Assembly: GCA_963835065.1 (NCBI GenBank)
Contig: CAWIEK010000044.1
Span: forward strand, 128,001 to 192,000
DNA length: 64,000 bases
Direction of reading: 5' to 3'
Source: an uncultured Chthonomonadaceae bacterium
GTDB taxonomy: Bacteria > Armatimonadota > Chthonomonadetes > Chthonomonadales > Chthonomonadaceae
Shown one piece after another: positions 1 through 8,811 of the stretch (positions are counted from its first letter, which is position 1; each line of letters opens with the position of its first letter). The translations under genes and the position numbers were made by a program. The notes beneath the pieces were generated by a model. It was given only the letters and a program-made list of their open reading frames with translations. It did no database searches and had not been told where the DNA came from.

Positions 1-183
1 GAATTGGGTGGTGAGTTGCTGCGCGTCCGGGACGCTGACTTCGTTGAAAGTGAGGGTTCTGGCGGGGCTGGTAAGCCCGGTTGCATTGTTGAAGAACTGG
101 GCGTGGGCGGGACGGGAGGCGAGCAGACCTACCGCAAGCAGAGTTGCCGGGAACGCGGCAGAGAGTTTGTTGAAACTGATCAA
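1..183 (-). CDS. N-terminus of a secreted protein (partial; runs off the window), possibly PEP-CTERM-type
   Basis: TTG start at 183 with AAGGAG upstream; reads MISFNKLSAAFPATLLAVGLLASRPAHAQFFNNATG..., a signal peptide with AHA-Q cleavage site. Not in the ORF track because it is truncated. Confidence 0.55.
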   Translation of the reverse strand, partial: MISFNKLSAAFPATLLAVGLLASRPAHAQFFNNATGLTSPARTLTFNEVSVPDAQQLTTQF

Positions 184-582
184 GAGAACTCCTTTGGAAT
201 AAGCAACAGCAAAGTAGCGACGAGAGAAATACGCCACCCGGCAGAGAGGGAAGTATTTCCCTCTGGATATTTTTTTACTATTGCACAATTCATGCCAAAC
301 GGACACTTTTGCGCCTTTTGCACGAAAATGCTACATTTATTTTCACGGCAAACGGGCAAAGAGAGACGTTTCGCTAATTGGCGACACTTTCAGTAGACGC
401 AAACTTACGCACACAATGGCGTTTACAAACATATAGCTTGTGCCATCGGGAGGGTAGGGGATAGACTTTCAGTGACTTTAAAGAAGCACGAGACCCCTGC
501 AAGTCTCGCAATTTTCCATCAGCGGATAAAGCAGATACTTGATGCCGTTCGAGAAGGGAAAAGCCGCGCAAAACAGCCGTTT

Positions 583-647
583 TCAGTCGGTAGAGCAACG
601 CCCTTTTAAGGCGTGGGCCCTGGGTTCGAGTCCCAGTGCTCTCACCA
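583..647 (+). tRNA. tRNA-Lys(UUU) 3' fragment (tRNA positions 12-76), 5' acceptor strand missing
   Basis: D-loop AGTCGGTA, anticodon stem ACGCC/GGCGT with loop CTTTTAA, T-arm CTGGG-TTCGAGT-CCCAG, 3' strand TGCTCTC-A-CCA. Upstream 572-582 (AACAGCCGTTT) cannot form a proper stem with TGCTCTC. Confidence 0.85.
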
Positions 648-812
648 TCGGAAACGCGGACAGCGGCACGGAGTTGCAGACTTCATGCCGCTGTTTGCCG
701 TTTGGAGCGTGTACTTGCAGGGGGTTCGTCTTCGGAAAAGATCACCGTTCCACTTCTTTTTCGACACAAGGAGACGAAAAATCATGCGAAGTATTTATTG
801 GCCTACACTCTG

Positions 813-1181
813 TTATGGGTAGGTTCTCAAATCTTCGTTTGCCATATCTGCGAGCCTTGTACGAAGTGTCTTGTAAATTCGCTTCTCCATACCAGGCGGC
901 CTACGTAGCCCTGTAAGACCGGAGTGTCTTTCTGCACCAGGGCGGGTATCACGTTTATCCGTTCCCTCTATGTACAAAGTATCCCATACTACATCTAACA
1001 CAGGGTGTACAAGTCCAAGAGTGATTAGAGAGCGAATTCTGCTTACACTTAGACGGCAGTACAATCCATAATTGAGTTTGTTCTCGCCCATAAACTCACG
1101 GGCTTGTTCCGGTGAGGTAAGGCTCTCTGCCCATACTGATATTGAATGTAGAGGAGGCGCATCATCTATAGTGGCTCCCAC
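813..1181 (-). CDS. Hypothetical protein, AT-richer than its neighbours, possibly 5'-truncated
   Basis: 122-aa ORF in a low-GC stretch beside the tRNA fragment; no clear RBS. Confidence 0.4.
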   Translation of the reverse strand: MGATIDDAPPLHSISVWAESLTSPEQAREFMGENKLNYGLYCRLSVSRIRSLITLGLVHPVLDVVWDTLYIEGTDKRDTRPGAERHSGLTGLRRPPGMEKRIYKTLRTRLADMANEDLRTYP

Positions 1182-1340
1182 TGTACCGATGCCGGCGAGG
1201 AGAGCGATAGAGCCGGGTTCGGATTGAACTCGCTAATTGTAGTATGTTCTGGGGCGAATCCCACAAAGGAATCCTGCCTTCCCATGCCGAACTGTGCGGG
1301 CAGATATAATTTTTAGCAGCAAAGGAGCGATGGAAACGCT

Positions 1341-2372
1341 ATGGATGGAAACGGGTTCGACCAAAAAATAGGAGTGGCGCTGTTGTCCCTTGCGCACGTT
1401 CATGCGCGGGGCTACGCCGATCAGGTGCGCGACCATCCCGACTTGCAGGCGGTTGTGATTTGGGACGAGGACGAGGAGCGGGGCCGCAACGAAGCGGACA
1501 AGCGCGGCCTGCCGTTCAATCCTGATCTGGACGCGGTTTTGGCAATGCCCGAAGTCCAGGCGGTTGTCTGCTCCGCGCCCACCAATCGGCATCGGGACAT
1601 TCTTATTTCCTCAGCGCAGGCGGGCAAGCACATTTTTACGGAAAAATCGCTGACCATTACCATTGCCGACGCGACGGACGTGATGCGGGCTGTGGAAGAC
1701 AATGGCGTGAAGTTTATGATTTCTCTCCCCTCCCGCGTTCGCCCGGAGATTCTGTTCGCCAAGAAAGTGCTGGATGAGGGTTTGCTTGGACAGGTGACGA
1801 TGATGCGCGCCCGCATTGCGCACATGGCGGCTTTAGACCGGTGGTTCAGCGCGGGTTCGGCGTGGTTCGGAGATGAAGAGCAGGCGGGCGGCGGCGCGTT
1901 TTTCGATTTAGGCTGTCACCGCGTGGACATCATGCGGTGGTTTTTGGGCGAGCCTATGTCCGTCGTCACGCAGATGAACAACTTCAGCCAGGCTTATGAT
2001 ATTGACGACAACATGGTGTCTGTAGTCACGTTCCGCAACAACGCGATTGGCATCTTGGACGTGTCGTGGGTGCAGCGCTTCGGCCCCAACCCCTTAGAAA
2101 TCTACGGCACGGGCGGCTACCTGAGCATCGAAGCGGCTCCCAACGGCCCTCGAATCCAGCTTATCAGCGACCAACTCAAGAGCGGCGATATTCAGGGTTA
2201 TATTAGTCCGACGGTTCTGCCGCCCGCGCTTCCGCCCCCGATGCAGCAGTGGGTATCCGCCATCAAGAACGGCACATCCACGACCATCAGCATTTACGAT
2301 GCGTGGGCGCTGGTGCAGTTGCTGGAAGGCTGCTACACGGCGGCGCGTAACGGCCATGAGGTCACGTTTTAA
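1341..2372 (+). CDS. Gfo/Idh/MocA family oxidoreductase
   Basis: GKHIFTEKS motif, GGGAFFDLGCH motif, AAAGGAG RBS upstream. Confidence 0.93.
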   Translation: MDGNGFDQKIGVALLSLAHVHARGYADQVRDHPDLQAVVIWDEDEERGRNEADKRGLPFNPDLDAVLAMPEVQAVVCSAPTNRHRDILISSAQAGKHIFTEKSLTITIADATDVMRAVEDNGVKFMISLPSRVRPEILFAKKVLDEGLLGQVTMMRARIAHMAALDRWFSAGSAWFGDEEQAGGGAFFDLGCHRVDIMRWFLGEPMSVVTQMNNFSQAYDIDDNMVSVVTFRNNAIGILDVSWVQRFGPNPLEIYGTGGYLSIEAAPNGPRIQLISDQLKSGDIQGYISPTVLPPALPPPMQQWVSAIKNGTSTTISIYDAWALVQLLEGCYTAARNGHEVTF

Positions 2373-2373
2373 C

Positions 2374-2781
2374 ATGGAGGAAACGGACGAAGAAATTTCC
2401 AAAGAAGAGAGCGGCGATTTCTTGACGCTGTTTGCGCCTGTGTATGTGGTTGTGCGTTCTATACCGACGGGCAAGGTGATGACGTATGGGCAGGTAGCGG
2501 ACGCGACGATGGGCATTGCGTTTACGGCGCGGCAGGTGGGAACCGCGATGCGCTACGCGCCCGCCGATGTGCCCTGGCAGCGCGTGGTCGGCGCGGGCGG
2601 AACCCTGCCGATTGCCAAGCGCAGTCCCGAAGCTGGGCTGCTCCAGCGCCGCCTGCTGGAGCGGGAGGGCGTCACGTTTCTGGAGCGCGACCCCAACCGC
2701 GTAGATATGCCCCGCAGTCAATGGCTTCCCGAACCGCCTGCCACCTTTGGCGAAGAGGAACTGCCCGGTCTGTTCGATTAG
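2374..2781 (+). CDS. MGMT family / alkyltransferase-like (ATL) protein
   Basis: IPTGKVMTYGQVA...ARQVG...VPWQRVV; W replaces the catalytic C of PCHR. Confidence 0.88.
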   Translation: MEETDEEISKEESGDFLTLFAPVYVVVRSIPTGKVMTYGQVADATMGIAFTARQVGTAMRYAPADVPWQRVVGAGGTLPIAKRSPEAGLLQRRLLEREGVTFLERDPNRVDMPRSQWLPEPPATFGEEELPGLFD

Positions 2782-2782
2782 G

Positions 2783-2863
2783 AAGGGATAAGGGGTAAGG
2801 GGTAGGGGATAAGTAAATGCAGTTTCTTATCCCTTATCCCTTACCACTTACCACTTACTCACT
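2783..2863. repeat. Inverted tandem-heptamer element (GGGRTAA / TTAYCMC)
   Basis: aagggataaggggtaaggggtaggggataag ... cttatcccttatcccttaccacttaccactt fills the whole intergenic gap. Confidence 0.85.
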
Positions 2864-3481
2864 ATGCAAGTCGCCTGGAACTTTTACCGTTTTGATTATG
2901 ATCGTTTTCTGGCAATGCGCCCGTTGTTGCGCGCGGCGACAACCCCGGAAGCGTTTGCCGCGTTTGGGCAAGGCGCGGAAATCGAGGCCATCGCGGACGC
3001 GGTTGCGGAACAATCGCTGACGCTGGAAGAAGCGCGTAACGCGCTGGTATTGTGCCTGTGCTGTGAGGGCGATGCGCTTCCCGTAGACGCTTCCTTTCCC
3101 CGGTTTGTGGCGGCCCTGGCGCGGCGCAAGGGGGCCGAGGAGACGGCGGAAACATTGGGCGCGTTAATCAGTGGCGGCAAGCCCGTCGAGGCGTGGATGG
3201 CAGCGGACGATGGCATTGCCGGCCTGCTCACGCCTGCGGAAACCCTGCAGATTTGCGCGGCCTATCTGCCCCTGCTGTCGCGGAAGGGGCGCAGTTTGTC
3301 GCAGGTGGGCCGTAAACCCGGCAGGCGAACCCGGCGGGGCGGACTAGTCGGCGCATGTATCAGTTTTGTACGCCATTTGCTGAACCTCGGCCCGCTTCCC
3401 GATGATCTACTGGCGCTTCTGGGCAGCCTGCTGAAAGAAGCGCACTCCAATAAGCAGGGTATCGCCGTAACAATTGCCTGA
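2864..3481 (+). CDS. Hypothetical protein
   Basis: 205-aa ORF with host-like codon usage. Confidence 0.75.
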   Translation: MQVAWNFYRFDYDRFLAMRPLLRAATTPEAFAAFGQGAEIEAIADAVAEQSLTLEEARNALVLCLCCEGDALPVDASFPRFVAALARRKGAEETAETLGALISGGKPVEAWMAADDGIAGLLTPAETLQICAAYLPLLSRKGRSLSQVGRKPGRRTRRGGLVGACISFVRHLLNLGPLPDDLLALLGSLLKEAHSNKQGIAVTIA

Positions 3482-3575
3482 CCGTCCGCCAGGATTGCGA
3501 AAACGCGCGCAGTGAAATTTTTGTAACGCTTCGGCTGTTGCGTTCGTCCATTGCATCAAACATCCCGAAATTGCG

Positions 3576-3752
3576 GGTATTCAGGTGTTCGGTGTTCAGG
3601 TATTCGGAAAATTCTCGGCACGAATACAGCGCTTTGCAGGACAGCCTCTATATGCTGTACGCAACTTGGAGCAGGAATATGCCAAATGATCCAACCACCG
3701 AACACCGAATACCTGAATACCTGAATACCTGAACACCGAACACCGAACACCG
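3576..3752. repeat. Inverted tandem 7/8-mer element (GTGTTCG, GTATTCAG / CGAACAC, CTGAATAC)
   Basis: Arms 3576-3607 and 3696-3752 around a spacer of about 88 bp. Confidence 0.85.
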
Positions 3753-3919
3753 ATTTCGGCAGGAGAGTGAACAATTTTGGCGGCACAGGCGTCCTAGTTA
3801 AAGAATGTATGCGCCATCTTTATGTATAAATCGTCCTCTCCTGCAGAAAATACTGCTGTAAAAGTTGGTTTTCATAACCGACAATAGGGGCGTCCTAGAT
3901 TAGGAAAGGAGACCCTGCC

Positions 3920-4147
3920 ATGCTCAGTTGCGTGGAAGAGTGCGTTTTGCGGCTCACAAAAGAAGAAGCCCTGGGTCTGCTGGAACTCGCCATGTCGTGT
4001 CCGCTCGACTTATCTGCCGACCAACGCGCGGCTATCGTGAAACTGGGAGAGTTTTGCCGGGAGTGCCTGCGCGCCGACATTGCCGAAGCCGCCACTCTCG
4101 AAGCCCACACTGCGAACAATTCTCTGCCGACGGCCTTTGCCGCCTGA
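3920..4147 (+). CDS. Small hypothetical protein
   Basis: Strong RBS GAAAGGAG before ATG; followed by a hairpin and T-run at 4187-4232. Confidence 0.65.
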   Translation: MLSCVEECVLRLTKEEALGLLELAMSCPLDLSADQRAAIVKLGEFCRECLRADIAEAATLEAHTANNSLPTAFAA

Positions 4148-4347
4148 TTTCGGCAAGCGCCCTTATATTAACGTCTCTTAATCCACCCCCCTCCTGACTG
4201 TGCGCCTTGCAGGAGAGGGGCTATTTGTTTTTGTCTCTTTTGGCTGCGCATTTTCACGTGTGAGTCGTAAGCAAAGTACAGGCGTTTCTTGCAGGCGAGT
4301 TGAATTTTTGCAGGAGAGATGAAAGGGAAACAGGAAGGAGCAACAGC

Positions 4348-4971
4348 ATGGCAGAAGAATCGGGCGGCATTGGCGGCTGGTGGAAGGGGATGCGCGGGAA
4401 AGCGGAAAAAGCGGTCGGGGATCAGCAGGCCGCTTTTGCGCGGGGCAAGGTGGCGGGTGTCGCCGTTACCGACGATGCCGGCAATGTGCTGGCGGAAGCG
4501 GGACAGCGTATAGACGACGCGACCCTTGAACGCGCAAGACAGGCGGGCAAAATGGCGGCGCTGGCGGGCGCGGTCGTGAAAGCGCAGACGCAGGATGCGC
4601 GCGAAGCGGTACAAACGCAGTACGCCAAAACGGAAAACGCGAAGGAAGCGCGGCTGCTCGACAGCGTGGAGGATTACCGCGAAGTGCGCCGGTATTTTGG
4701 CCGTATCCTGACGATGGACGTAACGGATATTCGGGGCAACATTGTCATACCTTCCGGTAAAACGCTGGAGGATGCCGACGTGCAGCGCGCGAGGGACGCC
4801 GGATTGCTTTCCGCCCTGCTCCTTGCTGCGGAACAATCCCTGCCTGCGGCCTCCACCCGCGCCACCCCGGCTCCCGTTTCCACCTATACGCCGCCGCCTG
4901 CGCCCCGTCCCGCGCCCACCTTGCTGAACGCGCCGGACGAGGACAACGCGGGAAGCGATAGAAATTTGTGA
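4348..4971 (+). CDS. Hypothetical protein with two internal VTDxxGNxxxxxGxxxxDxxxxRARxAG repeats
   Basis: GAAGGAG RBS before ATG 4348; the duplicated motif is visible in the translation. Confidence 0.8.
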   Translation: MAEESGGIGGWWKGMRGKAEKAVGDQQAAFARGKVAGVAVTDDAGNVLAEAGQRIDDATLERARQAGKMAALAGAVVKAQTQDAREAVQTQYAKTENAKEARLLDSVEDYREVRRYFGRILTMDVTDIRGNIVIPSGKTLEDADVQRARDAGLLSALLLAAEQSLPAASTRATPAPVSTYTPPPAPRPAPTLLNAPDEDNAGSDRNL

Positions 4972-5017
4972 CAGACTGAGAGGAAACCTGTTTGTTTCCT
5001 GCCGGATACGCGCCCGC

Positions 5018-5431
5018 TTACTCGCTCAAGAAGCGTCCTCGCAGTTCAGGAGACGGCAGCATACAGGCTTCCCGCTTGCCGAACAGCCGATACCGATGCC
5101 GCGCGATCAAGTCGTACACGCCGTCGCGCAGGAACGCGGGAACCAGCAGGAAGACAGCCGCGAGAGGCCATAGTCCGCGCAACCGCCGGGCAATCCGCAG
5201 CGCCGCCGCAGACTTGGTGTACACTTTCGCCTGCTCTACCAGCACTACCGAGTCGGGCAACAGGGTTGGCGCTTGCCCGGCTTGCCGCAGCAGGCTTTGC
5301 GCGGCGGCAGATTGCAGGGCCGCGAAGTGAAAGCGCCTGGCAGGATCACGGCGCAGGATGAACTGCACCGAATGGTTGCAGAGGTTGCACTCTCCATCGA
5401 ACAAAACCACAGAGGACACCGGCGCTTCCAT
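5018..5431 (-). CDS. DCC family thiol-disulfide oxidoreductase (DUF393)
   Basis: VVLFDGECNLC motif; YDLIARHRYRLFGK. Confidence 0.93.
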   Translation of the reverse strand: MEAPVSSVVLFDGECNLCNHSVQFILRRDPARRFHFAALQSAAAQSLLRQAGQAPTLLPDSVVLVEQAKVYTKSAAALRIARRLRGLWPLAAVFLLVPAFLRDGVYDLIARHRYRLFGKREACMLPSPELRGRFLSE

Positions 5432-5453
5432 GTTCTTTACCCCACCTTACGCG

Positions 5454-6230
5454 CTAATCCTCAAAAGGTGGCCTGGCATAGCCCCTGCCGAACGGCTCTT
5501 CCGGGCGCTTCCACTCTCCCAACAACGCGCGGCGCAGGGGAGTGGTACGCGCCAGAAAGTCGGGATCGTTGCTGCTGCGATCTGAGGGAACAAGCCACGG
5601 CGGCGCATACACCATGTGCTGAATGAAACGCGGATAATCGCGCCGGTTGCAGGTTCCGCAGTGGTACACGCCCTGATGGAACAGCAAAGCCGTTCCCGGC
5701 TTGCCGCAGATAACATCCCGAATGGGCAGGGCATCGGCGGCTATTTCTTTGGAAAGCGGTACGCTGCTGTTGTGGCTGCCGGGTAGCATCACCATGTTGC
5801 CCATGTCCGGCTCACTCTGATCCGTGAGGAAGAAGCCGACTCGTAACTGCATCAAGGGCGTGGGCGTTGCCAAACGGCGGAACTCATACACGCCGGAACC
5901 ATCCTGATGCCAGCCGCCGCCCTTGAAGCCTGGTGGCGATAGGGTACACCAACTGCTCTGCAAAATGAAGTAGTCGCCCAACAGCGCGCGTACTTTGGGG
6001 AACACGGAGGGATGGTCTATCAAGGGTTCAAAGGCAAGTTCCTGCTCGTAAGCCGCCCCAATCTGCCGCCATTCCTGCGGCGGATGCGGGGCATGAAGGC
6101 GTTTGGCGGCTTCCAGACAAGTGGTGACTTCTTCGGATGTGAGCGCGTCAGGAATAACAAGGTAGCCCGTTACATCGAACATAAACCGCTCGGCTTCCGT
6201 GAGAGAGCCGGGCTGCGCCAGTGGTGTCAT
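5454..6230 (-). CDS. Phytanoyl-CoA dioxygenase (PhyH) family protein
   Basis: GYLVIPDAL, WHQD, LPGSH and the distal YH iron-binding residue. Confidence 0.9.
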   Translation of the reverse strand: MTPLAQPGSLTEAERFMFDVTGYLVIPDALTSEEVTTCLEAAKRLHAPHPPQEWRQIGAAYEQELAFEPLIDHPSVFPKVRALLGDYFILQSSWCTLSPPGFKGGGWHQDGSGVYEFRRLATPTPLMQLRVGFFLTDQSEPDMGNMVMLPGSHNSSVPLSKEIAADALPIRDVICGKPGTALLFHQGVYHCGTCNRRDYPRFIQHMVYAPPWLVPSDRSSNDPDFLARTTPLRRALLGEWKRPEEPFGRGYARPPFED

Positions 6231-6282
6231 AGCATCTTTACTCCTGCTAGATTAATTTCGGCACATGCCTTTCGTCTTCTGC

Positions 6283-7005
6283 TTATTTGGCGGCAGTCTT
6301 CTCTGCTGTTTGACCATCCGGCTTGGGCGGAATGGCTTCGAGGTTGATCTCGATGTCCACATCGTTGCCGACTGCCAGCGCGCCATTGTCCAGCGCCTGG
6401 CTCCACTTGACGCCATAATCCTGGCGGTTGATCCGCAGTTTGGACTGTACGCCGATACGAGGCGTGCCAAAGCCGTCCTTGACGGGGCCGGAGAGTTGAA
6501 AGGGCAAGTCAATTTCTTTAGAAACGCCATGCATGGTGAACGTGCCATGCGCGACATAACTGCTGCCCTTCTTTGTCACCCGGCTGCTCTGGAAGGTGAT
6601 CTGCGGATACGTGGCGACATCAAAGAAATCAGCGGTTTTGAGATGGTTGTCACGCGGGACAACGCCGGTGTCAATGCTGGCGGCCTGAATAGCAATTTGT
6701 ACGGATGACTTGCTGATATGTTCGCCGTCGGCGACAATCGTGCCGGAAAAATCATTGAAGCGCCCGCGCACCAGGTTGACGCCGGAATGGCGCACGGCAA
6801 AGTTGATATTGGTGTGCATCGGGTCCACTTGCCAGGTTCCCGTTAGTTTCACAGGCGGAGTTTGCCGCGCAGGGGAGGGGGCAGGTTTGGCGGCCTCGCT
6901 CGTACCCTGCGCCTGCGTGACGGCAGCGACCAGGCTGGTGGCGTAGAGCAAGCCGCAGGCAGTGCCGGCGAGGGCAATGCGTTTGCGGACGGTTGTTGGT
7001 TTCAT
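6283..7005 (-). CDS. yceI: YceI family secreted lipid/polyisoprenoid-binding protein
   Basis: WQVDPMHT, SIDTG..PRDNHLKTADFFDV; signal peptide; AGGAG RBS before ATG 7005. Confidence 0.92.
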   Translation of the reverse strand: MKPTTVRKRIALAGTACGLLYATSLVAAVTQAQGTSEAAKPAPSPARQTPPVKLTGTWQVDPMHTNINFAVRHSGVNLVRGRFNDFSGTIVADGEHISKSSVQIAIQAASIDTGVVPRDNHLKTADFFDVATYPQITFQSSRVTKKGSSYVAHGTFTMHGVSKEIDLPFQLSGPVKDGFGTPRIGVQSKLRINRQDYGVKWSQALDNGALAVGNDVDIEINLEAIPPKPDGQTAEKTAAK

Positions 7006-7326
7006 CGTTGTTTCTCCTGACAAAATAGTTTGAAGTCTAACTATTTTACGCCAGTAAACCAGCATGAGTTGCACAGGCAAGTCCACATCTATAAATTTTT
7101 CTGCCTGTATCGGCAGAATGTCATGGAAGGAGTTCGCCACTTCCAGGCCGAACCTACGTATCATATTGAAGATACGCAGTGGGTACGCCGGTCGTTGACG
7201 CAGGAAACGGGAGAAACCTTTCCGGGCTTCCGTGATCTGAATGAGCGCTGAACAATCTCCACGACAGTCCTTATTTCGTCGCAACTAACCATCGGCAATT
7301 TCACTACCGGACACATTTATCCGGGC

Positions 7327-7447
7327 ATTGAAAATACCCGTCTGAACGGCGTTCCGCCGAGCGTCCTACGGACGCAATGCACTTCTATAGAAGCATTTAC
7401 GTCCGTAGGACGTTCAGCCGCAGGCTATTCAAACGGTGGTTTTCAAT
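7327..7447. repeat. REP-doublet (REPIN/MITE-like) element, copy 1
   Basis: Outer attgaaaa/ttttcaat; inner hairpins cgtcctacggacg and cgtccgtaggacg; shares ggcgttccgccga and gccgcaggctat with 28565-28663. Confidence 0.7.
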
Positions 7448-7455
7448 CACCGGCA

Positions 7456-7640
7456 AAGGCTGGAAAGTTCATTATGTGACTACTCCCTCCCCTAAAGGGG
7501 AGGGCTTCTCGACCTACGCCTAGCCTATTGGCTTACGTTGCCGGTCGAAGGCTCAGTCCAAGCCCGTCTTAAAATGTTGCAGGCGGCGTTGTGGTCACGG
7601 TCTGTCGTGTGTCCACAAGAGGCGCAGCAATACACGCGGT
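7456..7640 (-). ncRNA. Predicted TnpB omegaRNA (reRNA); guide from the flank, ATAATGAACTTTCCAGCCTT
   Basis: Position inferred from known TnpB biology: overlaps the tnpB 3' end and the right-end hairpin. The 5' boundary is approximate. Confidence 0.5.
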
Positions 7641-8811
7641 CAGACAGCGTGAGTTTCACATCAGGCAGGCTGCCACAACAACTGCATTGCTGTGTGGTGT
7701 TGCGGGCATCCCTGCTTTCACTTCCACGCCGGCCCATGCTGCCTTGCTGTGGAGGATAGAGAGGAACTGTGCCCATCCTGCATCGAGTGTGGATTTCGCC
7801 AGTCTGGTACGGGCGATACCAAGTATGTTGAGTTTTTCGTGAGCAATGCGCCCACACCGACGAATCAAGTTCAGGGCGGTCTTGTGGTGAAAGTCCTTGC
7901 GCTGATTGGCGATATGCAGATGCGCTTTTGCAACGCGCTGTACGGCCTTCTTGCGCCGATTGCTGCCGCGTTTGCATCGGCTCAAAGCCCGTTGCGCCTT
8001 GCGGAGTTTTGCCTGCGCTTTGCGGTAGAACTTGGGCGCACTTACTTCTTCGCCATCACTGGTCACGAGGAAGGCTTTCAAGCCTAAATCAATCCCGACC
8101 GCAGGGTTCTCATGGGGTTCCTGCGCCCTGTCAGGCACTTCACAGGAGAGGATGACAAACCATCCGTCCGCCTGCCGTTTGAAACGCATGGTCTTGATGA
8201 CGCCTTCAACAATCTGATGCAGTTTGACTTTAATCAGGCCGATGTGCTGGAAATACACACGGCTGGCGTCAACGTTTAGTTTGCAGCCATCTCCATAGGC
8301 AGGATACTCTACGCTGTCAAAGCGTCCGTAGCCGCGAAAACGAGGGAAGCCGGGTTTGTCGCCGGATTTAAGACGACGAAAGAAGGCGGCAAAGGCTTTA
8401 TCCAGTCGGCGTAAAGTCGCCTGGCAGGAAGAGAAGTTCGTACAGGCGAGAAAAGGATTTGTCTTACGTTCGGCTTTTAGCAATGCGGATTGGTCGGCGT
8501 ATTTCACGGGACGCCCGTCCTGCTCGTAGGCGTTCTTCCGTTCCTCAAGCGCATTATTGTAGAGGCAACGATGCGTTTCAAGCATCTGCTCCATAGATTG
8601 TGCTTGTTCGCGGTCAGGATAGAGTTTGTAGACGAACGCCTTTAGCATACGCTTATCCACGCATATAGCCAAACGATAGTTTCCGTTTGGCGCAAGAAAG
8701 GAGGAGGACAAGGGGTTTTGATTGGGAAGCCCGTCGCTGAAACGACGGTTTCCCAACAGGGAGACAATTCCTCTGCCGCCTAAAGGCAGCAGTCCCCTTG
8801 TCTTATTATTT
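7476..8811 (-). mobile_element. IS200/IS605-family element, tnpB only (IS1341-like, non-autonomous)
   Basis: Subterminal hairpins with a shared CCTTTAGG core (8773-8792, 7485-7504); right end ...GTAGTCAC; no tnpA. Confidence 0.9.
7525..8648 (-). CDS. tnpB: TnpB RNA-guided endonuclease, with a 1-nt frameshift near 7712
   Basis: MLKAFVYKLYP start; RuvC motifs GIDLG, HEKL and DRDHNAACNI; CSCCG/CASCG zinc finger lies in the shifted frame. Confidence 0.93.

Noticed and set aside
7030..7251. 73-aa ORF divergent from yceI
   Set aside because: No RBS or recognisable motif; overlaps the likely yceI promoter region.
7471..8809. ATTAT at both IS ends as a target-site duplication
   Set aside because: IS200/IS605 elements make no duplication; the guide rule places the left boundary at 8811, so the second ATTAT is inside the element.
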